Assembly: GCA_964583975.1 (NCBI GenBank)
Contig: CAZOXU010000005.1
Coordinates: 2,034-66,033 of the forward strand
DNA: 64,000 nucleotides
Source of the DNA: an uncultured Planctomycetales bacterium
Lineage (GTDB): Bacteria > Omnitrophota > Gorgyraeia > Zapsychrales > Fredricksoniimonadaceae
Direction of reading: 5' to 3'
Both the position numbers and the translations under genes were made by a program. The notes below the pieces were generated by a model. That model was given only the letters and a program-made list of their open reading frames with translations. It was not told the DNA's origin and did no database searches. Below, in pieces: positions 1 to 9,317 of this stretch (its first letter is position 1; every line of letters begins with the position of its first letter).

Positions 1-2085
1 TAAGCTATGCTTTCCTGCCGGCAAAACCACACCTTTAAAGGCCAAGCCAGCTCGATAAATTTTAACAACCTTCCCATCCATCAGAGCCTGCCAGTCATTG
101 GTAAAATTGTCCGTATAAACCAAAAACTTAGGATGATCAAGATCGATAATTAAATCAATACGATTAACATCAAAATGTTTAACTTTTAATTGAACAGATG
201 AAGCATCGATAATCTGCGCTTGATTCACCCCTCCTTCTTGCTCCATACGCATCTGTTTAATGTTATTTCTGGGCAACTGATCATCAAAGGCGTATGTTGC
301 ATCACTGTGATCAATCATTCGTTGCTCTAAATCTTTTAATATCTCCTTGTCTTCCTTATTGTAAAAATCAACCTTATTATATAAGTAAAACTTATGTCGA
401 ATAAACTGATCCATGGTTCCTGATTTCATATACAAAACACCCAAAAGAAACCACCGTGAAATAGCCCCGGGTGGTCGTATAAATGCGTCATAAGAATCCT
501 TCATCTTCAACAGGGCTTCGAAATTAAAGTCCCGAAACATATAGTCATATTTTTTAATTTTCTCAGGCCGATCAAATGTAAAGACCGGTACCGTGTGACT
601 AGAAGCAACCAAAGGCTTCCCAGCAGCTGCATGGGACTGATATGCCAAATAAACTTCTAGAGGTTGAATTACAATCAAAATCAAAAGTGAGATGAAATAA
701 AAAGGTGTTAATTCTTTACGACGAAAGAAAACAAAGAATATGAACAAAAGCCCCGCTAATGCCAATGTTAGGTAGGATGAACCAAGATTAGGACCTTGTA
801 ACTGTGCGATACTTGCCAAGATCAACAATAAACCAATAACAATAATTACTGTCCTCATACCAAAATTAGCCAAATGTTCCACAAGAACCTTCAATTGCAT
901 CATGGAAAACAGGATTATCATGGGAATTAAGAAGGCCATGAAAAAGAAAAAATTTCTGAAATACTTAAAATAGAAACCGTGCTTAAAAAGAAAACTTTCA
1001 ACAGGCGTTGTGACCCCCATAGCAACAATAAAGACAGCAAACCCAGAAAACAAAAACACCTTAGCAGCTCGTGAAAGAGGCAAAAACAACGAAATAAAAA
1101 TAACTGCCAAGCAAAAAATGGGCACAAAAAAAACACTATCATCTATTATGTTTATCTTATCCAAATGAGAAAAAAGCGAAGAAAATGAAACACGTTCAGC
1201 CAAAGATCCGGGCACAACATCGAGTAATTTCAATTGTGAATTCTCGAAACAAGGCCCAACATTATTCTTCAAATTACAATCAAAATGACGCGATGGCGCG
1301 ATGATTTCACCTGCCGCATCTTTAAATTTGTACATAATTAGCGGCATTGCTGTAATCATTAAACCCGTCAAACAAACAACCACTACTATCTTATGTTTAT
1401 GACAAAAACTCCAAATATTACGGCAAATAATCTTAAAATTAACGAAATTATAAAGCACATAAAACAAAGTGACGGCTAAAAATACTGTCAAAAGATAAAA
1501 AGGATAGTAAGAAATCTCCATAATCATCAAACTAAAAAATATTCCAAAAAAATCTGCTACACGATATTCCCTGACAAAACGCATTAAAAAGAAGAAAAAC
1601 CAGACTGAAGGCACAAAAATTAACAAAATATAATATTGATTAAAAATCATCAACCCCATTCCTGAGAACAAAAGGGCCACAGACGACAAAGTAGCATATG
1701 CAGAGTCTTTAAGAAGCAGCCGAGAAAGAAAAAAGAAACCTAGAACACCTAAGAAATAATTAAGCAAGATAAAACAAAGAAACGCTTGATAATAAGAAAA
1801 ACCCAGGAAAACAGTCAAAAAACTAATATGCATCAAAGGATGCAACATTGCCTGGTTAAGCAATCCCAAAAAAGGACGTCCAGCAAAAACAAAAGGTTCC
1901 CAATGTGGCACCACCCCATTAAAAACATTATTCATAAAATATTTCATAAAAACATACAGGGACATGGTATCCATATTGATAGATGTCTTGCCAGTAACAA
2001 AATCCTGGCACACCCAAAGGTAAAAAACAAAAGCGGATAACAATGCCCCAATCCATATAAAACGAGGGAAAATAGTTCTATTCAT
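1..2085 (-). CDS. Large polytopic membrane protein, partial (C-terminus lies beyond window start); YfhO/GT-C-like putative glycosyltransferase
   Basis: Hand translation of the minus strand gives an uninterrupted ORF of about 695 codons from ATG at 2083-2085 (SD-like aaaagga 6 nt upstream) to position 1 with no stop. It is absent from the ORF track because its stop lies outside the window. The N-terminal two thirds are very hydrophobic with many predicted TM helices, the C-terminal third is soluble, and the last residues in the window read ...GVVLPAGKHSL. The family call rests on general architecture only. Confidence 0.6.
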   Translation of the reverse strand, partial: MNRTIFPRFIWIGALLSAFVFYLWVCQDFVTGKTSINMDTMSLYVFMKYFMNNVFNGVVPHWEPFVFAGRPFLGLLNQAMLHPLMHISFLTVFLGFSYYQAFLCFILLNYFLGVLGFFFLSRLLLKDSAYATLSSVALLFSGMGLMIFNQYYILLIFVPSVWFFFFLMRFVREYRVADFFGIFFSLMIMEISYYPFYLLTVFLAVTLFYVLYNFVNFKIICRNIWSFCHKHKIVVVVCLTGLMITAMPLIMYKFKDAAGEIIAPSRHFDCNLKNNVGPCFENSQLKLLDVVPGSLAERVSFSSLFSHLDKINIIDDSVFFVPIFCLAVIFISLFLPLSRAAKVFLFSGFAVFIVAMGVTTPVESFLFKHGFYFKYFRNFFFFMAFLIPMIILFSMMQLKVLVEHLANFGMRTVIIVIGLLLILASIAQLQGPNLGSSYLTLALAGLLFIFFVFFRRKELTPFYFISLLILIVIQPLEVYLAYQSHAAAGKPLVASSHTVPVFTFDRPEKIKKYDYMFRDFNFEALLKMKDSYDAFIRPPGAISRWFLLGVLYMKSGTMDQFIRHKFYLYNKVDFYNKEDKEILKDLEQRMIDHSDATYAFDDQLPRNNIKQMRMEQEGGVNQAQIIDASSVQLKVKHFDVNRIDLIIDLDHPKFLVYTDNFTNDWQALMDGKVVKIYRAGLAFKGVVLPAGKHSL

Positions 2086-2108
2086 TAATATCCTTTTAGA
2101 ATTAAAAA

Positions 2109-2972
2109 TTATTTCAAACGCGCGTACACCCACAAAACATTATTGGGCATTAAAACATCTAAAGGAGCACTCCCAGCACTGACAATACCTTGGGGGTTAA
2201 AAATTTCACATAACTTTTGCGGGAAATTCTTCAAAGAAAGATAGCGATACAAATTGCTGACCAAATTGGGAATTGTATAGTATCCACTAGAGATAATCGA
2301 AAGACCCTGTTCTTCCAAAAACTGTTTTAAGATTGGCTTTTTAAAGAACCACAAATGCATTGGCGGATCATAAAAGAAATAATATTGACCAAATAAGCGG
2401 TCTTGTAAATTGCCGTGATTAGGCACAACAATATAGAAATCGGTTATCCCATAAGAAATCAATTTTTGGATAAACAACCGTGGTGAATAGATATGTTCCA
2501 AGACATGCCTTAAAATAACAACTCCTCTATTCATAGGATTCATCCCTTGAATGCTATAGTTGGAATAATCAAACTGGAAATAATCGATGGCTTTGATATC
2601 CTTAACCATGACTGGCCTTTCAAGGGTTGAATCCGAAGCCCTCACCTTAAATCCCTGATCGTAAATCGTTTTGACAAAATCTCCTGTTCCACAGCCAATA
2701 TCCAAAAATTCACGTTGAGGACCACAAAAATTAACAATCCTATCTAATTCTTTTTTAAGCAAAAATTGTTTTAAGAAAACATATAGCTTATTATTGGGCT
2801 TTCGCATATGTGTATCGATATAATATTTGGATAAATCTTTAGGAGGATTCAACACCTTACGAACCCCACATGCGACACATTCCCCTATTTGAAAAATCTC
2901 TTTAGTTTGTCTGGAAGGAGTCTCAAAAACGAAATTGCTTTTAGCCTGTTGATTACAAAGATTACAAATCAT
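2109..2972 (-). CDS. Class I SAM-dependent methyltransferase with N-terminal Cys cluster
   Basis: 287-aa ORF with motif I LDIGCGTGDF. It overlaps the upstream GT9 gene by 11 nt, suggesting an operon. Confidence 0.75.
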   Translation of the reverse strand: MICNLCNQQAKSNFVFETPSRQTKEIFQIGECVACGVRKVLNPPKDLSKYYIDTHMRKPNNKLYVFLKQFLLKKELDRIVNFCGPQREFLDIGCGTGDFVKTIYDQGFKVRASDSTLERPVMVKDIKAIDYFQFDYSNYSIQGMNPMNRGVVILRHVLEHIYSPRLFIQKLISYGITDFYIVVPNHGNLQDRLFGQYYFFYDPPMHLWFFKKPILKQFLEEQGLSIISSGYYTIPNLVSNLYRYLSLKNFPQKLCEIFNPQGIVSAGSAPLDVLMPNNVLWVYARLK

Positions 2973-4062
2973 TACACAAGTCCTGTAATTGAAGATTTTT
3001 TACACAAATGTAAGACTCGTTACAAGTTGGCACGGTATAGCCAAAACGAGTGCAGGGTGAACACGATACCTGTTCAGTAATAACTTTATGCTTCTCTCCC
3101 TTAGGCTGCCATTTAAACAAATTCCCTGGTCCGAACGCAGCAATGACCGGTGTCCCTACTGCACAAGCCAAATGCATAAGGCCAGAATCAGGACCGATAA
3201 ACTTTTCACTTCTTTGGATGAGCGCAGCACTCTCCATAAGGGAAATCTTTCCCACAAAATTCAAAACTCTAAAATCTTTCATTAAATCTACTAATTCTTG
3301 AGGGATCTCTTGGACATCTTTACCCCCCAAAAGCACAGCATTATATCCAGCCCCCAACACCTTCTTGATAAAAAACCGTAACTGTTGTTCTGAAAAACGC
3401 CTTAACTGAATACTGCCTCCTAGAAAAATAGTAACACTCTTCTGTTGAAGCTGTTGTACAGCCCATTGCTGGACTGCAGAAGAGACTTCAAAACAATCAT
3501 TGATATCCACAGGTCGTATAGATGGCGGCACAAAATCCTCTAATAGACGAACAAAGTTATCTAATGCATAACCATTTTCATCATAAGAAACTGATTTATG
3601 AAAAAGTTTTAACCGCAAAGGACGAGTCCCAAACCCAATTTTATAAGCGGCTTTTGACCAATAACAAACTAAAGCGCTTAAGTAATGCCATTGCTCTGTG
3701 TCAATGACAACATCGTACTCCTGTTTCATGACAGACCAAAAATCTACCTGATTATGATACAAAAAAACCGGATACCCTTGCGACGAAAACACCTGAACAT
3801 TCCTGTCCTCACAAAGCACATCTATCGCAATGCATTGAGACTTCAAGACTCTGAGAATTGGCAATAAGAATATTGCGTCTCCCATTCCACCAGGTCGAAT
3901 AACAAGAATCCTTTTTACTTTACCCTCCCAAGAAGAAGCCTTAATTGGAGGAACAAAAAGACTTATCATTGAACCTAAGAAATAATCAATAAGCTTCACA
4001 CATTTTGAATGGAGATTTCCTTGGGAAAAAAAGATATCAAAAAGTGTAACTCGAGGAGGCAT
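2962..4062 (-). CDS. Glycosyltransferase family 9 (ADP-heptose:LPS heptosyltransferase-like)
   Basis: 366-aa ORF. It has KRILVIRPGGMGDAIF near the N-terminus and the GT9 signature GPDSGLMHLACAVGTPVIAAFGP near the C-terminus. Confidence 0.85.
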   Translation of the reverse strand: MPPRVTLFDIFFSQGNLHSKCVKLIDYFLGSMISLFVPPIKASSWEGKVKRILVIRPGGMGDAIFLLPILRVLKSQCIAIDVLCEDRNVQVFSSQGYPVFLYHNQVDFWSVMKQEYDVVIDTEQWHYLSALVCYWSKAAYKIGFGTRPLRLKLFHKSVSYDENGYALDNFVRLLEDFVPPSIRPVDINDCFEVSSAVQQWAVQQLQQKSVTIFLGGSIQLRRFSEQQLRFFIKKVLGAGYNAVLLGGKDVQEIPQELVDLMKDFRVLNFVGKISLMESAALIQRSEKFIGPDSGLMHLACAVGTPVIAAFGPGNLFKWQPKGEKHKVITEQVSCSPCTRFGYTVPTCNESYICVKNLQLQDLCNDL

Positions 4063-4065
4063 AAT

Positions 4066-4944
4066 TTAAAAAGCTAAGAAATAAATGACTGTAGTAACAA
4101 AGACAATCCACAGCACTATATTAATCATCAAGGGACGGTCCGATAAAAGTATTTCCGTAGGATCATCTCCTCCATGACGCATGTAAATCAAATACAAGTA
4201 ACGAAAAATACCATAAATAACAAAACCAACCGAATACAAAATATCGTATCTTCCGTGTAATCGGTTCAAAATATCAGGTGATATTGAGTATAAACTATAA
4301 AAGACTATAGCCAATGTAGAACAGATAACAATGATATGGTCCAAAAAATATGCCGAATAGTGATGCAACACTTCGCGGTGTTCAAAAGCATCTTTCTTTA
4401 AAGCAATTAATTCATACCTACGCTTTGTAAAACCAAGAAATAAAGCCAGTACCAACACACAGATTTGCAGCCATACCGATGGCAACACTCCAATAGCAAC
4501 AGAGCCTGCCCAAATACGAATTTGAAAGCCAAAACTAATGGTTAACACATCGAGAAGAACCAATTTCTTAGTTCTTAAATTATATAGAAACTGTAGCAAA
4601 ACGTAAGCAAACGCTAGAAACAAAACTTCTGTAGAAACAGCAAGACAAGCTAACAACCCACTGATCAGCAACGCCAAGGCTATAACAAGGGCAGGAACAA
4701 CCGCAATTCTGCCACTAGCTAGAGGTCTCTTGGATTTACGCGGATGAAGTCGATCTTGTCGTAGATCTAAATAGTCGTTGATAACATACATACTGCTGGT
4801 TACAAGACAAAATCCAGCCACTGTAGCAAGACACATTTTCCATAATGATAGATGCACGAAAAGCCCTGAGAAAATCAGAGGAAAGACTATAAAGATATTT
4901 TTGGTCCATTGTTTGACTCTTAAAAGCTCTATCAAGGTATGCAT
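4066..4944 (-). CDS. UbiA-family polyprenyl-phosphate transferase (decaprenyl-phosphate phosphoribosyltransferase-like)
   Basis: 292-aa protein with about 8 TM segments and motif NDYLDLRQDRLHPRKSKRPLASG, which fits the UbiA superfamily NDxxDxxxD plus a DRxHPxKxxRPxAxG-type signature. Confidence 0.75.
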   Translation of the reverse strand: MHTLIELLRVKQWTKNIFIVFPLIFSGLFVHLSLWKMCLATVAGFCLVTSSMYVINDYLDLRQDRLHPRKSKRPLASGRIAVVPALVIALALLISGLLACLAVSTEVLFLAFAYVLLQFLYNLRTKKLVLLDVLTISFGFQIRIWAGSVAIGVLPSVWLQICVLVLALFLGFTKRRYELIALKKDAFEHREVLHHYSAYFLDHIIVICSTLAIVFYSLYSISPDILNRLHGRYDILYSVGFVIYGIFRYLYLIYMRHGGDDPTEILLSDRPLMINIVLWIVFVTTVIYFLAF

Positions 4945-5015
4945 ATGGTTTAGTATAATTTCTTAACTCTTAAAAAACCATTGATTTTAGGGCAATTTTG
5001 ATATCTAATCCCAAC

Positions 5016-5597
5016 ATGCATCTTGCTATTTTTGATTTCGATGGAACCATTACTCACAAAGACAGTTTGTTTGATTTCATTGCTTACGCAGTAAAGCCAC
5101 CGGTCTACTACGCTGGGCTTTTTTGTTTAATCCCTGTTTTAATTGCTTATAAATTAAAAATATTAGCCAACAACAAAACTAAAGAAGCTGTCCTGAGCCA
5201 ATTCTTTAAGGATTGGGAATTACAACGGTTCGAATGTACGGCCAAAGCCTATAGTGACCGCATCCCTTCTATTGTTCGCAAAGCTGCTTTAGAAAGAATC
5301 CACTGGCATTTAAATCAAGGACATACCGTTGTCATTGCTAGCGCTTCTCTGGAGAATTATTTAAAAGACTGGTGCGCGAAATTACAGGTAGGATTAGTTG
5401 GCTCACACATAGAATTTATTAATGAAAAATGTACTGGCCGGCTCGTGGGAGCCAATTGCTATGGTCAGGAAAAAGTCCGCCGTCTTCAAGAAAAATATAA
5501 TCTAAAGAATTTTGATCGTATTTACGCTTATGGCGATTCTCCTTCCGATTACGCCCTTAAAAACATAGCCCATGAATTCTATTATAAATATTTTTGA
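5016..5597 (+). CDS. HAD-IB family hydrolase (phosphatase)
   Basis: The track ORF starts at a TTG at 4998. An internal ATG at 5016 gives MHLAIFDFDGTITHKDS with HAD motif I (DxDGT) at the extreme N-terminus, and a TAGTATAAT -10-like box lies upstream. Confidence 0.75.
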   Translation: MHLAIFDFDGTITHKDSLFDFIAYAVKPPVYYAGLFCLIPVLIAYKLKILANNKTKEAVLSQFFKDWELQRFECTAKAYSDRIPSIVRKAALERIHWHLNQGHTVVIASASLENYLKDWCAKLQVGLVGSHIEFINEKCTGRLVGANCYGQEKVRRLQEKYNLKNFDRIYAYGDSPSDYALKNIAHEFYYKYF

Positions 5598-5656
5598 AAT
5601 AAAGCCCCAAAATTACATATTCACAAAAAGATATGCTTTTGTTAGTATAAAATCCT

Positions 5657-7321
5657 ATGTTGAACCAGCTTAATATCAGCAATTTCGGACTCATCGACAA
5701 ACTTTCCATCGAATGGGTCGACCGACTTAATATCCTCACTGGTGAAACTGGTGCGGGAAAATCAATCCTCATTGATGCCTTACGTTCAGTGCTTGGAGAA
5801 CGTTTTGATACATCTTCTATCAGAGATCCCAAGCTTCCCTGCGTCATTGAAGCTGTTTTTGAACTCAATTCTTCTATTAAAAGCAATGAAATTTTCCAAG
5901 ACTTTCTAACTGATGGGGAATCCCAGTTAATTATTCAACGTACTATTACAGCGGATGGAAAAAACAAAATCAAAATTAATGGATTAAATGTGACCGTTGG
6001 CCAATTAAAAAGTATTGGCAATTATCTGGTTGATTTTCATGGACCTCATGATCACCAAATGCTTCTTTCAGAAGAAGAACATTTAAAAATGTTAGATAAG
6101 TTGATTGATTTTAAAACCCTCAAAAAAGACTACTCTAGCATCTATCAAAACTATATTGATCTCCAACATAAGCTTAAAACTCTCACCGAGCTCGCTCAAA
6201 CACGTCAACGCGACCTTGATTTGCTAAGTCATCAAGCCAAAGAATTAGAAACCGTCCCGTTAATTGAAGAAAAATACGAGCAAGTGTCTCAAGAAATTGT
6301 CAAAATTAATAACGCTCAGAAATTGTATGAACATATTCAGAACTTGCTTAACATTTTAGAAGATGAAGATGGTGGTGTTAATCAGCAACTTCGTAAAGCG
6401 TTTAATCCTCTTAGAAATCTTAATCAAATTGATGAAAAAACTACTCCTCTTTTAGACCAATTAAGCTCTATTCAAGAAAATACGAATGATCTGATCAGCC
6501 AGTTAAATGATTATGCCCAAAGCCTTAATTTTGATCAATCCGAAGCCCAAGAAATCAATAAACTTTACGATACCTATCAAGACATTCGACGTAAATATGG
6601 TCCTTCCCTGACCGAAGCGGCTGCCTTTTTTGCAGAAATAAAAGAGAAGCTCGAGCTTATTAAGAATTTCGAACACAATGATCATCAATTACGTCAAAAC
6701 ATTGCGGATCAAGAAAAAGAATTAACCAAGATTGCTAATAAAATCACTAAAGCCCGCCAGTTGGCAGCTGCTGATCTTAACAAAACCATTGAAAAAGAAC
6801 TTAAAGAACTAGGGATCAATCATGTCCGTTTTGAAGTGCGTTTTGAAAAAACAGACTTTGGACCTAATGGCAATGATCATGTCGTCTTTTATATCAGCCC
6901 TAATGCGGGTGAAGATTTAAAACCATTAGCTCAAATTGTTTCTTCTGGAGAAGCTGCTCGGGTCATGCTGGCTCTTAAAAAAGCTTTAATTAAGGTAGAT
7001 CCGATTCCTGTACTGATCTTTGATGAAATTGATGCTCAGATTGGCGGCCGACTAGGGACCGTGACTGGTAAGAAGTTGACTGAACTTGCTCGACACAGAC
7101 AGGTCATTTTAATCACCCATCTCCCTCAAATCGCCTCTTTTGCTGATAGGCATTTTAAAGTCGTCAAGTCAGTCAAATCATCCAGGGCGACTACTCAAAT
7201 CAACCTCCTGGAGAATAAAGCTAGGGTTGAAGAAATCGCCCAAATGATGAGCGGCCATGACACTAATCGTATTTCTCTAGAGCATGCCCAAGACATGCTT
7301 CTATCTGCTCAAAAAGCTTAA
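5657..7321 (+). CDS. recN: DNA repair protein RecN
   Basis: 554 aa. The N-terminus MLNQLNISNFGLIDKLSIEWVDRLNILTGETGAGKSILIDAL carries Walker A, the middle is a long coiled-coil, and the C-terminus has the SMC-like signature and Walker B (LIFDEIDAQIGG). This is the canonical RecN architecture. Confidence 0.9.
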   Translation: MLNQLNISNFGLIDKLSIEWVDRLNILTGETGAGKSILIDALRSVLGERFDTSSIRDPKLPCVIEAVFELNSSIKSNEIFQDFLTDGESQLIIQRTITADGKNKIKINGLNVTVGQLKSIGNYLVDFHGPHDHQMLLSEEEHLKMLDKLIDFKTLKKDYSSIYQNYIDLQHKLKTLTELAQTRQRDLDLLSHQAKELETVPLIEEKYEQVSQEIVKINNAQKLYEHIQNLLNILEDEDGGVNQQLRKAFNPLRNLNQIDEKTTPLLDQLSSIQENTNDLISQLNDYAQSLNFDQSEAQEINKLYDTYQDIRRKYGPSLTEAAAFFAEIKEKLELIKNFEHNDHQLRQNIADQEKELTKIANKITKARQLAAADLNKTIEKELKELGINHVRFEVRFEKTDFGPNGNDHVVFYISPNAGEDLKPLAQIVSSGEAARVMLALKKALIKVDPIPVLIFDEIDAQIGGRLGTVTGKKLTELARHRQVILITHLPQIASFADRHFKVVKSVKSSRATTQINLLENKARVEEIAQMMSGHDTNRISLEHAQDMLLSAQKA

Positions 7322-7404
7322 CTACATTGATTTATACCCTAGTTTATGGTATTTTACTGCCTTCCATTTGTTATTAACCTCATTAATAAGCAAGGAGTTT
7401 TTTA

Positions 7405-8610
7405 ATGAAACGCATTGGTATTATCACTTCAGGCGGAGATTGTGGCGGTCTTAATGGTGTTATTAAAGGTGCAGCTTCTATGGCTCGCGCTCATGGTGTC
7501 GCTTCTTTCGTCATTCCCAACGGCTATGCCGGTCTTTACAATTTAATTAATTTTGATCATTTAACCGAATTAACTCAAGAACGTTTAGATAAAATCAATA
7601 CGAACCTAGCTGGTTCGGAAGCTGGCCACTCTAGAGTTAACATCAAAAAGATCGATGATCCTAATAAATATCAACAGATCAAAAAAGGTATGGAGAAATT
7701 CAAACTCGATGGCCTTATTATCTCTGGCGGTGATGATTCGGGCAGTGTTATGGTGGATTTAATTGAGCATGGTATTAAATGTGTCCACGCACCTAAAACC
7801 ATGGATTTGGATCTGCAAACCTATTCCGTAGGCGCTGACTCAACCATCAATCGCATTGCAACTTTCCTGGAAGACTTAAAAACTACAGCAGCAACCCATA
7901 ACCGTATCTTGGTCATGGAAGTATTTGGACGCTATGCTGGACACACTGCCTTTCGTGGTGGCGTGGCTGCAGATATTGATGCCATTATCATCCCTGAAAT
8001 CCCCTGCGATTTCGATATTCTCTATAAACATATGAAAGAACGTTATTTTAAACGTATTAAAGAAGATGATGTGCATGCTGGAACCTACATGATTGTGGTT
8101 GCTGAAGGTATTAAGGATGCTTCTGGAGCTGATATTGTAGATGAAAATGCACCTGTGGATGCTTTTGGACACAAACGTTTGGCTGGTGCGGGAAATTATG
8201 TCTGCCAACAGCTGACCAAACGCCTCAAAGCTGATAAAGAGATCACCGCCCTCATGCAATCGTCTAACATGTATGTTAAAGGAATCAATGAGATCCCCGA
8301 AGTACGTGCTGTCACCCCTGGCCATTTAGTACGCTGTGGTCACTCTAGCGCTTATGATGTTAACTTTGGTAAAGAAGTTGGGGCTGGCGCCTTTATTCTT
8401 CTGAATCAAGGCATTACAGGCGTAACTGTTGCTGGTATTAACGAGGGCACGGTTCGCTATATGGATACCAAGGAAGCCATCCAACAACGCTTTGTAGATG
8501 TCAATCAAGTCGCTATTTATGAAGCTATGGGAATGTGTTTTGGACGTATAGCCCCAAAGGCTCAAACCAAGACTGAAAAACTCAGTGGTAAAACTGAACG
8601 ACATTTCTAA
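7405..8610 (+). CDS. pfp: 6-phosphofructokinase, probably PPi-dependent
   Basis: MKRIGIITSGGDCGGLNGVIKGA is the PFK N-terminus. The ISGGDDSGS motif has Asp where ATP-dependent PFKs have GGDGS, and the GGDDS variant is characteristic of PPi-dependent enzymes. A good SD (aaggag) sits upstream. Confidence 0.8.
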   Translation: MKRIGIITSGGDCGGLNGVIKGAASMARAHGVASFVIPNGYAGLYNLINFDHLTELTQERLDKINTNLAGSEAGHSRVNIKKIDDPNKYQQIKKGMEKFKLDGLIISGGDDSGSVMVDLIEHGIKCVHAPKTMDLDLQTYSVGADSTINRIATFLEDLKTTAATHNRILVMEVFGRYAGHTAFRGGVAADIDAIIIPEIPCDFDILYKHMKERYFKRIKEDDVHAGTYMIVVAEGIKDASGADIVDENAPVDAFGHKRLAGAGNYVCQQLTKRLKADKEITALMQSSNMYVKGINEIPEVRAVTPGHLVRCGHSSAYDVNFGKEVGAGAFILLNQGITGVTVAGINEGTVRYMDTKEAIQQRFVDVNQVAIYEAMGMCFGRIAPKAQTKTEKLSGKTERHF

Positions 8611-9317
8611 TTCTTAGAACAGACTGTAATTAAGGATTGTCCCCACATAGGTTTAAGTATGGTTTCTATTTTCTCAAAAATAGGAACCATACGATCTAAT
8701 TGCCCCGCAGATCTATGGTCAAATGATTGGTATTTTAAAATACGACCCGCTACAAACCAAGAAACGATCCCAAATAAATTCATATAAAACTGATGTTGGA
8801 TCATAAAACCACTGGCTTCTAAAATAGAATTTAATCTTGTCTTTGTGTAGCGTCGATGATGCCCTACCAACCTATCTAGTGTTCCATAAATACTAGGTAT
8901 AGCTGGAACCATTAAGACCACCCTTCCATGGGGTTTTAATAATCGACGAATATTGTCTAGCGCTTCCTGCTCATTCTCGATATGTTCCAACACATTAATA
9001 CAAGTGACACAGTCACCAAAACTGTATAGTTTCTGAGGGATTGTTTGTCGGTCGGCAATATCCATAGGAACAATACGGTAAAAAGGATCTGTGCCGAATC
9101 TTTCTCTTAAGGGGATAAGAGTCTCTTTGTGACTATCTGTTAAGACCACCTGGGCAATAGTTTTATGCTCTTTGTAATATTTGGTTATATCCCCTATCCC
9201 GCTACCCACATCCACTACCGCACCAGATAAATAAGGTTGAATATTACGAAAAATCCAAGAATTATAATTATGGAAGGCGCTAATGATGTTTAAAGCTTTT
9301 AAAAGATCCGTAGCCAT
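8607..9317 (-). CDS. Class I SAM-dependent methyltransferase
   Basis: 236 aa with motif I VVDVGSGIGD. Its stop and start are tightly packed with both neighbours. Confidence 0.7.
   Translation of the reverse strand: MATDLLKALNIISAFHNYNSWIFRNIQPYLSGAVVDVGSGIGDITKYYKEHKTIAQVVLTDSHKETLIPLRERFGTDPFYRIVPMDIADRQTIPQKLYSFGDCVTCINVLEHIENEQEALDNIRRLLKPHGRVVLMVPAIPSIYGTLDRLVGHHRRYTKTRLNSILEASGFMIQHQFYMNLFGIVSWFVAGRILKYQSFDHRSAGQLDRMVPIFEKIETILKPMWGQSLITVCSKN

Noticed and set aside
927-1142. 71-aa ORF (-) from the supplied track, plus the 84-aa ORF at 1786..2040 (+)
   Set aside because: Both are alternative-frame or antisense artefacts of the real, much longer minus-strand ORF 1..2085, which the track omits because its stop is outside the window.
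7876-8604. 149-aa and 92-aa minus-strand ORFs
   Set aside because: They are antisense to the pfk gene, which has clear PFK motifs on the plus strand.
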